Below, piece after piece: positions 1 through 8,402 of a DNA stretch of 32,000 bases; within the stretch, counting starts at the first letter, position 1; each line of letters opens with the position of its first letter. Made by a program: the position numbers and the translations under genes. The DNA lies in NCBI GenBank assembly GCA_951812855.1, contig OX638337.1, forward strand, positions 660,001 through 692,000, given 5' to 3'. This DNA is from an uncultured Lentisphaeria bacterium (GTDB taxonomy: Bacteria; Verrucomicrobiota; Lentisphaeria; JABSQK01; JAJFLO01). The notes under the pieces were generated by a model, which searched no databases, was not told the DNA's origin, and saw nothing but the letters and a program-made list of their open reading frames with translations.

Positions 1-2
1 AC

Positions 3-152
3 GCAGGAAACTTGAGTGAGTTCTCATCCTTGACGGGATCCCTTGCGATTGGAAGGACTTCAAAATCCACCGTGGAGCTATTTGACGAAGCTACGAAGAA
101 CTTTCAAGAAGCGGAGTTCGAAGAGAGTCCCAATACCAGTCAGTATTTTTGA
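3..152 (+). CDS. 3' end of an unidentified gene running in from the left edge (partial)
   Basis: Only frame open from the window edge. It reads ...STVELFDEATKNFQEAEFEESPNTSQYF, then TGA at 150-152. It ends convergently 18 bp from the next gene. No family recognised. Confidence 0.25.
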   Translation, partial: AGNLSEFSSLTGSLAIGRTSKSTVELFDEATKNFQEAEFEESPNTSQYF

Positions 153-170
153 AAGGGGTGTCCGCTATTT

Positions 171-533
171 TTATAATAAGGTTACAATGACATTGGTCGT
201 TCTAATTATGACTAATAATTCATTGAGCAGTTTATAAAACCGCGTGTTGCCCAGTTCACCAATTTCACCTGCACCAAATTCATATTCTTTACTAATCGCT
301 GTATTCTCGACAGCAATTGATACAGATGAAAAAACCTTATCCTCCCCTTCATCATATTCCATACCCTGGATATCGAAGGACATATCATAACTTTCCGGTT
401 CTTTTATCTGGTCACAGCCTTCTATGTCAATTGACAGATGGTGATCAGAAAAGGAGTCCATTAACAGTTTTTTCAATTCAGAATAATTAATATCAATTTC
501 TTTTACATCTATAAATGCGGCGATTTTGATCAT
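171..533 (-). CDS. hypothetical small acidic protein (120 aa)
   Basis: Intact ORF in the track, Asp/Glu-rich (e.g. YDMSFDIQGMEYDEGEDK). It lies 37 bp downstream of ilvE on the same strand. No motif recognised. Confidence 0.5.
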   Translation of the reverse strand: MIKIAAFIDVKEIDINYSELKKLLMDSFSDHHLSIDIEGCDQIKEPESYDMSFDIQGMEYDEGEDKVFSSVSIAVENTAISKEYEFGAGEIGELGNTRFYKLLNELLVIIRTTNVIVTLL

Positions 534-570
534 TTTTCCCCAATGGTTTCAAGTGATAAAAAAAGTAATT

Positions 571-1587
571 CTACACGTCGGTTAACCAACCATGATTATC
601 AGGAAGTTCACCAAATTGAACAGCACGGACTTTTTCATACAAGTGTCCTAAAACCGGACCGAATCCAGTTTTCGGACCAACCTCAATAATTCGGTCACCG
701 CGTTCGATTCGATTAACTGGTGTAATGACAACTGCTGTGCCACAGGCCCCAACTTCAACTAAATCCTGTATTTCATCAAATTGAATGGGACGTTCTTCTA
801 TTTTCATTCCTGATTCTTTAGCAAGTGTCATTAATGATTTGTTCGTAATACTCTTCAATATCGAATTTGATTCAGGTGTGATGTAGGTGCCGCATTTCGT
901 AATAGCAATAAAATTTGATGTTCCAAATTCATCGATAAAACGGTTTTCTTTTGCATCCAGATATAAATTGATCGGATAGCCCATTTCCTGTGCGATCTTT
1001 CCGGGTTCCAAACCGGCCGCATAATTCCCGGCAACCTTTACCTGCCCGACACCGTTTGGAGCAGACCTGTCAAAACCGTCAATGACCACTGCACTGACCG
1101 GTTCAATTCCTCCCTTATAATAGTCGCTGACAGGCAGCACAAAAATTATAAAGGTATATTCCCCTGCCGGTTGAACGCCGATACGCGGTCCTGAACCAAA
1201 TAATAACGGTCTGATATATAACGAACCTCCGCTTCCATATGGCGGGACGTACTCAAGATTCTCACGGACAATTCGCCTTACAGCGTTCATGAACATCTCT
1301 TCTGGAATGGCAGGCATCAATATGCGTTTTGCCGTTCTCTCCATACGTCTGGCATTCTCTTCAACACGGAATATTTTTACCTTGCCGTCTTTACAGGTAA
1401 ATGCTTTTAATCCTTCAAAGGCTGCTTGTCCATAATGAAGTGCAGTGGCGGCAATATGTATGTTAAGATACGGATCCTCTTGAAGTTCTCCGCTATCCCA
1501 GCAACCATTTTTCCAGGTATAACATATATGGCTATTCGTATCCATATATGAAAAACCCAGTGATTGCCAATCAATCTCTTTATCCAT
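571..1587 (-). CDS. ilvE: branched-chain amino acid aminotransferase (fold-type IV PLP enzyme)
   Basis: 338-aa ORF whose length and sequence fit long-form BCAT. Matching segments: LHYGQAAFEGLKAF, YIRPLLFGSGPRIGV, VKVAGNYAAG, GTSNFIAI, GACGTAVVITPV. Confidence 0.9.
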   Translation of the reverse strand: MDKEIDWQSLGFSYMDTNSHICYTWKNGCWDSGELQEDPYLNIHIAATALHYGQAAFEGLKAFTCKDGKVKIFRVEENARRMERTAKRILMPAIPEEMFMNAVRRIVRENLEYVPPYGSGGSLYIRPLLFGSGPRIGVQPAGEYTFIIFVLPVSDYYKGGIEPVSAVVIDGFDRSAPNGVGQVKVAGNYAAGLEPGKIAQEMGYPINLYLDAKENRFIDEFGTSNFIAITKCGTYITPESNSILKSITNKSLMTLAKESGMKIEERPIQFDEIQDLVEVGACGTAVVITPVNRIERGDRIIEVGPKTGFGPVLGHLYEKVRAVQFGELPDNHGWLTDV

Positions 1588-1860
1588 AAAACAGTCTCAT
1601 TTTCAATAATTAAATCCAATACCTGAATTAAGCGGCTGGATTCTGTATTCAACGGAACTCTAACGGCCCTGAATCAGGTAATAAATAACTAAAAATCAAT
1701 CCTGGTTTCCAATCAGAATCAAAATTTAAAGCTAATACGGTTTTTGCCTAAAAACAATTCAATCATAAAAAGTTAATATCAGATTGTATACTCAAAATAG
1801 ATCCCGATATTATAGGGGTTTGATATTTCACTCAGCCAAAATAAAATACGCAGGTACTAA

Positions 1861-2406
1861 ATGATTTTCACGATTGCCGGAATTACCTTTGCCGTTCTAA
1901 TTATTTCAGCAGCTTTCAGTGTTTGGAAGATCTTTCCTAAAAATAAAGATTTATGGCGAATTATTCCTCGAGAAAAACGATTCGGCTCAGTGCTGGGGTT
2001 TATCTGCTTAATTTGGTCTGCTTATCATACCTTCCCCATCTTTGAAACAACTGCTCCTCAAGTCAGGCTTATGGTTTTGTCCGCGTTGGTTATTGTCATT
2101 ACTTTTTTATCATTTGATCTAATGGATTTCTTATTTACCCGGGCTTTGGGTGGATTCCTCTTACTGCTTGTTAACTGGTTATTGCATCAGGCGTTCGTTC
2201 ATCACACCGTATTCCGTCCTCTTTTCTCGATGTTGTGTTACATATTCGGAATATCAGGGATAATCATGATTGCCGCACCTTATCACTTCAGGGATTTATT
2301 AGAGAAAATCAGTCATGACTGCCGATGGAGATTATTTACATCAACGGTACTCGGCGTCATTGGCTGTATTGTACTTTTAATTTCAGTATCTCCCTATGTC
2401 AGGTAA
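1861..2406 (+). CDS. hypothetical polytopic membrane protein (181 aa, about 5 hydrophobic segments)
   Basis: Intact ORF with strongly hydrophobic segments. Its 3' end overlaps the rsmG start by 11 nt, suggesting co-transcription. No family recognised. Confidence 0.55.
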   Translation: MIFTIAGITFAVLIISAAFSVWKIFPKNKDLWRIIPREKRFGSVLGFICLIWSAYHTFPIFETTAPQVRLMVLSALVIVITFLSFDLMDFLFTRALGGFLLLLVNWLLHQAFVHHTVFRPLFSMLCYIFGISGIIMIAAPYHFRDLLEKISHDCRWRLFTSTVLGVIGCIVLLISVSPYVR

Positions 2407-3082
2407 AGAAAATCTTGAAAAAGACTACCCGATCCTGAAGGAACTGAGTATTTCCACTCCCCCTCAGCAATGGCAGAATCAAATTCTTCGCTGCCATGAA
2501 TTCCTGTGCCGGGAAAATAAGAAAGTAAATCTGACACGAATAACCTCATTTAATGACTATTTGGTTAAGCATATAATAGACAGTCTGCTTTTAGCTGCTT
2601 ATATGCCTGAGATAACATCAAAAAAATTAAACATTGCCGACGTGGGTTGTGGTGCCGGTTTCCCCGGTGTACCCATGGCTGTTTCCTATCCAAATTTAAC
2701 ATTGACAGAAATTGATTCAGTTAACAAAAAATATTTATTTGTGGAACAACTAATCCGTGAGCTAAAGCTTAAAAACTGTATCTCAACACGAGGCCGGGCC
2801 GGGGAGTTGGCACTTAAAACAGCATTTAAGTATCAATTTGATATTGTCATTGCCAGAGCAGTCACAGATGCTGCAACAATGATGATAGATTGTAATTTTT
2901 TCCTGAGAAGGCCGGATGGAGTCCTGATATTCTATAAAACGCCAAAGAAAATAAAAGAAGAAATCAGTGATGTCAACAAACAGGCTGAGATGTTGAAAAT
3001 GACTGCAACCCTGTCTCCTGAATTTAATTTGCCGCATGATATGGGAAAACGTCAATTTCTGGTTATCAGCCTTAATCGTTGA
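2396..3082 (+). CDS. rsmG: 16S rRNA (guanine527-N7)-methyltransferase RsmG/GidB
   Basis: GidB pattern: NLTRITSFNDYLVKHIIDSL, SAM motif I DVGCGAGFPGVPMAV, then DSVNKKYLF and FDIVIARAV. Confidence 0.85.
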   Translation: MSGKENLEKDYPILKELSISTPPQQWQNQILRCHEFLCRENKKVNLTRITSFNDYLVKHIIDSLLLAAYMPEITSKKLNIADVGCGAGFPGVPMAVSYPNLTLTEIDSVNKKYLFVEQLIRELKLKNCISTRGRAGELALKTAFKYQFDIVIARAVTDAATMMIDCNFFLRRPDGVLIFYKTPKKIKEEISDVNKQAEMLKMTATLSPEFNLPHDMGKRQFLVISLNR

Positions 3083-3093
3083 GATCCAACACT

Positions 3094-3825
3094 ATGGAAC
3101 CTGAGGATACAGATTCAGTACATAAAGAGATAAATTGGCAAATCCCTGCGATTTTGTTTACAATTGTTTTTGTAATCAGTGTGTCTCAAATCGTATATCA
3201 AATTGTTCCTGAAGACGTTTTAACAACCCCCGGCATAACATCAGTCTCAATTAATTTTGCAATGCTGCATGGCGTCTGCCTTCTTACAATATTGTCTACA
3301 ATTTTTATACTCGTACCTCGAGAATTATGGTGGCAAACCCTGAAACTTGACCAGCCCCCTAACCGGTCAATCTTATTCAAAGCACTCGGAACCACTGCAA
3401 TACTTATACCGATTGTTCAGGTGATTTTCGGTATAACTGTTTATTTCATGGTGAAATACGGAATTGAATTAACTGAAAATCCAATCGTCAACTGGATGAA
3501 AACAGCACCGGCAAATGTCATGTGTCTGATTATTTTCGGTGCAGTTGTGATTGCGCCGGCAACTGAAGAAATAATGTTTCGACTGGTCATTTATGAATGT
3601 CTGCTTAAAATTGGAAATTCAACGCTGGCATGTTATTTAACATGCCTGATTTTTGCAGTATTCCATATGATTCCCGAGCAGATTCTGCCACTGTTTATTC
3701 TCGCTGTTGTTCTACAAAAATCACTGCAGAAATCTAAATGTCTGTGGACTGCAATTTTGATTCATGCGTTTTTTAACAGTTTTGCAGTTGTCCTGACGCT
3801 ACTATATCGTTACCATATGACATGA
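3094..3825 (+). CDS. CPBP family intramembrane glutamic endopeptidase (CAAX protease/Abi family)
   Basis: All three CPBP motifs are present: EExxxR (ATEEIMFRL), FxxxH (FAVFH) and HxxxN (HAFFN), within a multi-TM protein. The track ORF starts at a TTG at 3079; I prefer the ATG at 3094 (MEPEDTD...). Confidence 0.8.
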   Translation: MEPEDTDSVHKEINWQIPAILFTIVFVISVSQIVYQIVPEDVLTTPGITSVSINFAMLHGVCLLTILSTIFILVPRELWWQTLKLDQPPNRSILFKALGTTAILIPIVQVIFGITVYFMVKYGIELTENPIVNWMKTAPANVMCLIIFGAVVIAPATEEIMFRLVIYECLLKIGNSTLACYLTCLIFAVFHMIPEQILPLFILAVVLQKSLQKSKCLWTAILIHAFFNSFAVVLTLLYRYHMT

Positions 3826-3847
3826 TATTAATCCGTCTGGCTCTGGT

Positions 3848-4519
3848 CTATATCGAAATAGCCAAGTAAACATCAAAGCCGGGAACAGGCGGCTGGACTT
3901 CTTCCCAGGTCTCTAAAATCCACTCATTATTTTTATCAATCATGACTCGATATTTACCGTCTTTTCCAACAAGTCGGTCATTGTATTGGCGTTCCAGGCC
4001 GGATACACCGACTTCATTTTCTTTTTGGACTGATGTTCGACCGATAATACGCTGAATATCCATTCTCTCAATAAGTTTTTCTCTTTTGAAGTTACTTTTT
4101 ACGTAAAATTGTGGATTTTCCTTCATAATCGGTTCTAATACGACTAACTCGGCAGCGGTAAGATTTGATTTGACTAAAACAATACTGTTTGCAGAAAAAT
4201 CACCTGACATGGACTGGTTTGATTTGATCAGTCTTTGCACCTTTCGAATATCTTCGGCGGCGGTATCTCGTCCTGTATTGACTTTATAATAGAGGGAAAA
4301 TTTTCGAACAGACCGGGCGATGAGTTTTCCATTACGATCGAGCAGTCGTCCGCGCAAAGCAGGTATTGTTCCGGTTTTCCAGGTTTTCCCCTTAAAATAG
4401 TTTACAAAATAATCGGTATCAGCCACAGTTATCTGATAACATCGTAACAAAATGATACCTGTCCAGATAAAAAATAAAATGATAAAAAAATTTATTCGTT
4501 TTTTTGCAAATAAATTCAT
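3848..4519 (-). CDS. membrane-anchored class-B PBP N-terminal (dimerisation/'pedestal') domain protein with no transpeptidase domain
   Basis: N-terminal TM anchor (FFIILFFIWTGIILL). It then aligns with the PBP2/FtsI non-catalytic module: ALRGRLLDRNGKLIA, GVSGLERQYNDRLVGKDG. It ends ...GFDVYLAISI*, where the transpeptidase domain normally starts. No SxxK, SxN or KTG motif. The start overlaps the upstream acyltransferase stop (ATGA). Confidence 0.7.
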   Translation of the reverse strand: MNLFAKKRINFFIILFFIWTGIILLRCYQITVADTDYFVNYFKGKTWKTGTIPALRGRLLDRNGKLIARSVRKFSLYYKVNTGRDTAAEDIRKVQRLIKSNQSMSGDFSANSIVLVKSNLTAAELVVLEPIMKENPQFYVKSNFKREKLIERMDIQRIIGRTSVQKENEVGVSGLERQYNDRLVGKDGKYRVMIDKNNEWILETWEEVQPPVPGFDVYLAISI

Positions 4520-5783
4520 AGCTCACTTTCAGAAGACTCAATACTGCAACCGCGCAACAATTGATACGGATAGATACTCCCGATATTTTGCCACTCATCC
4601 TGCATGTCTTTTGGAACTTCATGAGAAATTTGGTTATGCCAGGATTGAATTCGTTTGAGGGCCTCCTCACTTTTTGCTTTTCGAGAGTTTATTTGAGTCA
4701 ACATTGTATTACTCCCCAATAGAAAAAAAATCGACGTGATAATTACCGCTGAAATAATGGCTCTTACTCTATTTTTTAACAGATTTGCAGATTTACGCTC
4801 AATCCACATGTTAACTGCGTATGAACACCCCAACATTAGTCCCATTATACCCCAGAATACTATATGTTCGTTATATTCATGAAATTTTCTAAACAGAATA
4901 TAACCTATGTTTTGATGGATCAGATACAGCGGGTATGTCAAAATCCCAAGTTTTATCCAATTCAACTTTCGAAAACTACCAAGTTTTCGATCTGCGACCA
5001 TATACATAATCACAAAAAACAACGAGACAATCCCTGCAACAACAAACTCATTGACCCCCATGGCTTTGAGGTTCTCATTAGCAGGCACATCAAAAAATAT
5101 TTCGCAAACTGCGATCACCCAACAACCGCACAATCCAGCCAGTTTCTTAAACGAGCTCCCATCACGCCACAACAGGTAAAATAAAGAACCCGCAATAAAG
5201 TAACACGCATACACATCAATCAAAATAAATCTCACCAATTTCGGAGCCTCCACAAAAGTCATAATGCCAGCAATCACCAACCAACAGTACAGTATATTTT
5301 CGGATCGATGCATTTTCCGTAATGCCAAAACAATACCCACTAAACCATAAAACTTTAATTCGACTTTCAAAGTCCAATACACCCCGTCAATTGAATCAAC
5401 CCCGACAAAACCATGAAGCATAGTCATGTTCACCAAATACTGGAACAGCGTAGCTGAATAATATTCTCCACCGAGGAATAAAATGACCACAAATGTCACC
5501 GTACAACATGCCCAATATGCTGGATACAATCGTGAAACTCTGGAAGCTATAAACTTGCCTAATGACCCACCTTCTACACTCATGAAAATCACGAAGCCAC
5601 TGATCATAAAAAACAGTTCCACTCCAAGGTAGCCATAACACAAAAATGAGGAAAACTGGGTATATGATGGTCCTACCCCCCCCCCCCGTAAGTTTGACTC
5701 CTCACGCAATAGTGAAATAGCACAACTGCCAGAGCAGCAACAAATCTCAACAAGTCAATTTCGTTAACTCTTTCCTTAACCAT
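4516..5783 (-). CDS. acyltransferase family 3 (OafA/OatA-like O-acyltransferase), reading frame interrupted at a G12 tract
   Basis: AGGAG lies 6 nt before the ATG at 5783. That frame gives MVKERVNEIDLLRFVAALAVVLFHYCVRSQTYGGGG, then TAG at 5675-5673. The track ORF 4516-5709 continues in another frame (GVGPSYTQFSSFLCYGYLGVELFFMISGFVIF... with many TM segments). Joined, the two pieces give the full Acyl_transf_3 architecture. One extra G or two fewer G restores a 422-codon ORF. Confidence 0.8.
5676..5687 (-). repeat. homopolymeric G12 tract (C12 on + strand) inside the 5' end of the acyltransferase gene
   Basis: Counted directly: 12 consecutive C at 5676-5687. It sits exactly at the frame break between the two acyltransferase pieces. 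Confidence 0.95.
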
Positions 5784-5828
5784 TTTTCTCTCCTAATTGA
5801 ATAATTCATGGTATTCTCCGATCATATG

Positions 5829-5852
5829 AAGTTATACATAAATGTATAACTT
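5829..5852. promoter_or_regulatory. perfect inverted repeat AAGTTATACAT-AA-ATGTATAACTT, candidate operator in the acyltransferase promoter region
   Basis: 11-bp arms with no mismatch and a 2-bp spacer, 46-69 bp upstream of the ATG at 5783. It overlaps TATAAC/TATGAT -10-like hexamers on the gene strand. Confidence 0.45.
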
Positions 5853-6379
5853 TAATTCAGTAAATCAATATTATTGAGTGTACTCTCAAATAAAAATTAT
5901 GAAATGGCAGTCAATCAGAAGGAATTTGAATGAGCGAAAAAACTGAGGAACCTACGATTTTTATGGACAACAATTCCCCGGGCATTGCATCCGAAGGTTC
6001 GAGTGAACATCATAAAGTTGAAGGCGAAATTCGGGTATGAACCGGATGAATCATTCTGGTAGACAGTAAAGGCAGCAGCAGTCAGGGAAAGCGTCAAAAT
6101 CTGAACTTGCTTAAAGCGAGTAACAAGGTAAGTTATGTGTGAATCTTCTAAGGGTTATTCCGTCTGAAAAACGGAAAAAGACCAGAAAAGACCAAAATTT
6201 AAGGACAATAACAACCAGAAATCACTGCAGGTGGCTGGAAATTTAACCATTGAAGGATAATCTCCAAATGAGATGTTTAGTGCAAACAAAGGTCTCAGCA
6301 TGAAATACAAAGCAGAGATTGATGGTTTAACAGGGCTGCTGCGGAACAAAGATAATTCTTAGAATAATGGGGGAGTAAT

Positions 6380-7090
6380 ATGCATAGAGATAAAAAACTT
6401 GAGTTAATTAAAAATATATTTTTTCGTTCTTCAATCAAAGATTTTTGGTTTCACGTCTTAAAGTCATATGCACAGCCACATTTTGAAGTTTTAGAAATTG
6501 GTTCGGGTTCAGGTGAAGGTAAACAAAACACCGTGTATCCAACTGTCCGAAAAATTGTTGGACTGGATTTGGATGAAAGAGTTCTGAGAAATCCCTTCCT
6601 GGATGAATCTTATAACATGAATGCATATGAAATTGGCACAAAATTGGCTGACACTAAGTTTGACATCATTTATTCTCATATGGTGGCTGAACACATTGAT
6701 GATGGCTTGAGGTTTATTTCAACGCAATTAAACGCCCTAAATGATGGTGGTGTTTTAATACACTCCACAGTCTCTAAATACTATTGGACATGCTTAATCA
6801 ATGATTTAGTACCCGAAAGCGTCAAGCACTGGTTAATTAGAAAATTAGGGAGCGGAAGGGCTGCAGAGGATGTGTTTCCCGCACATTATGAATTGAACTC
6901 AACGCACCAAATAGAAAAAATTTGTAGTAGTTGTAATGCTGAATACAAGATATTGAGACAAGATGAGCCGCCAGGTTATTTACGGCGAAGCATACTCTTA
7001 ATGCTCCTTTATACTCTGTTGCATAAACCGTTACAGTTTTTAATTCCATCTATTCGTCCAACGTTTATCTTTGTAGTTTCCAAAAAATGA
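6380..7090 (+). CDS. class I SAM-dependent methyltransferase
   Basis: GGGGAG lies 5 nt before the ATG. Motif I is VLEIGSGSGEG, followed by an acidic loop VGLDLD, then FDIIYSHMVAEHIDD and GGVLIHST (Methyltransf_11/23-like layout). Substrate unknown. Confidence 0.8.
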   Translation: MHRDKKLELIKNIFFRSSIKDFWFHVLKSYAQPHFEVLEIGSGSGEGKQNTVYPTVRKIVGLDLDERVLRNPFLDESYNMNAYEIGTKLADTKFDIIYSHMVAEHIDDGLRFISTQLNALNDGGVLIHSTVSKYYWTCLINDLVPESVKHWLIRKLGSGRAAEDVFPAHYELNSTHQIEKICSSCNAEYKILRQDEPPGYLRRSILLMLLYTLLHKPLQFLIPSIRPTFIFVVSKK

Positions 7091-7223
7091 CGAATTCGAT
7101 CCTGAAATATTCGGATAGTCTTACTTTAGTTCGCATATCCGATAAGATAACAGAAATGTAGTGTAAACTTACCTTCTTTTCATTAATCAATTTTCTAAAA
7201 GGAATATTCAGCAAATTGAAGCC

Positions 7224-8348
7224 ATGTCATCATCAAAGCAGCAAAATTATACATTAGATCACATTGTTAAATTCGCTGTTATCTCGGGAATTCTCGCTGG
7301 GTTAACCTGGTTATTGGGATATTTAAGTGACGTTTTAATTCCCTTTATCATTGCATTTCTTTTCGCATATTTACTCCATCCAATTGTCTGTTTTGTACAG
7401 AAAAAAATTCCAAATCGTGCACTGGCAATATTTGTCGTTTTATTTGGAGTCCTGGCTCTGGTCATTGGATCGAGTTATATAATCATACCAAAAATCAACC
7501 ATGAAATTTCGCATACTGGAAAACTGCTTAAACGCTTTGTTGAAGATAAAGAATTTGCGGCGAAAGCAACAAAATTTATTCCGCCTAAACTAGTTGAATC
7601 AGTAAAAGAAAGAGTATCAAAGGATAATTTAATTGAACTCATGCAGCAGGAAAAGTTCTGGGTTATTGTCCAGTCAGGATTCAAAAAGGCAGCACCCGGG
7701 GCACTTGATTTATTGTCCGGCACCGCAAGCTTTTTTACGGGAATACTGGGATTATTCATCATGGGTTTATATCTGGTGTTTTTACTGTTAGACTACGAAA
7801 AAGTAAAAAAGGAATGGGAGAGTCTGGTACCCGAGAAACTGCGTGCACCCATTTTTGAGTTTGTTGATGAATTTGATCGTTCAATGAATCGTTATTTCAG
7901 AGCTCAGGCACTGGCTGCCTTCTGCACTGGAATTGTCTTTGCAATCGGATTTACCATCATTGGATTACCAATGGGAATTTTTTTAGGACTGTTTCTGGGG
8001 CTCCTGAACATGGTGCCGTATTTACAAATTGTTGGAATTGTACCGGCGGCGTTGTTGGCCTTTATGAAGTCTCTGGAAACAGGAACGAGTTTCTGGCAGC
8101 TAATGGGATTGATTCTCATTGTGTTTGTAGTTGCACAGATTATACAAGATGTTATTTTAACACCAAAAATTATGGGCGGACTGACAGGATTAAGTCCGGC
8201 AATGATACTGTTATCCATCTCTGTCTGGGGAAAATTGCTTGGATTCCTCGGATTGGTTATCGCAATTCCCATAACCTGTTTAACGTTAGCGTATTATCAC
8301 CGTATATCAGCCTCTCAGAATGACGTAATCAGTGAGTTGGCAGAATAA
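7224..8348 (+). CDS. AI-2E family transporter (PerM/YhhT/UPF0118)
   Basis: 374 aa with about 8 TM segments and the family-typical layout: N-terminal LIPFIIAFLFAYLLHP, a central soluble loop, and a C-terminal half with NMVPYLQ and VAQIIQDVILTPKIMG. Confidence 0.85.
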   Translation: MSSSKQQNYTLDHIVKFAVISGILAGLTWLLGYLSDVLIPFIIAFLFAYLLHPIVCFVQKKIPNRALAIFVVLFGVLALVIGSSYIIIPKINHEISHTGKLLKRFVEDKEFAAKATKFIPPKLVESVKERVSKDNLIELMQQEKFWVIVQSGFKKAAPGALDLLSGTASFFTGILGLFIMGLYLVFLLLDYEKVKKEWESLVPEKLRAPIFEFVDEFDRSMNRYFRAQALAAFCTGIVFAIGFTIIGLPMGIFLGLFLGLLNMVPYLQIVGIVPAALLAFMKSLETGTSFWQLMGLILIVFVVAQIIQDVILTPKIMGGLTGLSPAMILLSISVWGKLLGFLGLVIAIPITCLTLAYYHRISASQNDVISELAE

Positions 8349-8402
8349 CTTATACCAGATAGAAAAACTGGATTTGAACCATAAAATTTTTATGAGGTTT
8401 TT

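Noticed and set aside
43-237. 64-aa + strand ORF in the track (MRLEGLQNPPWSY...)
   Set aside because: It uses a non-ATG start, has basic low-complexity composition, runs across the convergent end of the 171-533 gene, and competes with the better edge-open frame 3-152. Most likely spurious.
6300-6359. 19-codon ORF MKYKAEIDGLTGLLRNKDNS, resembling the DxLTGLxNR start of a GGDEF domain
   Set aside because: The match is only about 8 residues, a stop follows immediately, and no GGDEF core appears in any frame downstream (the methyltransferase starts at 6380). Coincidence, or a relic too small to support.
7904-8272. Antisense or out-of-frame 'shadow' ORFs inside strong genes. Examples: 7904-8272, 7475-7762, 1407-1652, 17436-17852, 20568-20897, 25908-26195, 30228-30524, 29113-29382.
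   Set aside because: Each lies wholly within a well-supported, motif-bearing gene on the other strand or in another frame. Their sequences are biased and low in complexity, as expected for chance ORFs in AT-rich DNA.
8361-8402. GGTTCAAATCC (minus strand), resembling a tRNA T-loop
   Set aside because: The flanking bases form only a 3-bp T-stem, no acceptor or anticodon arms can be drawn, and the candidate would run into the start of the 8403 gene. Not a tRNA.
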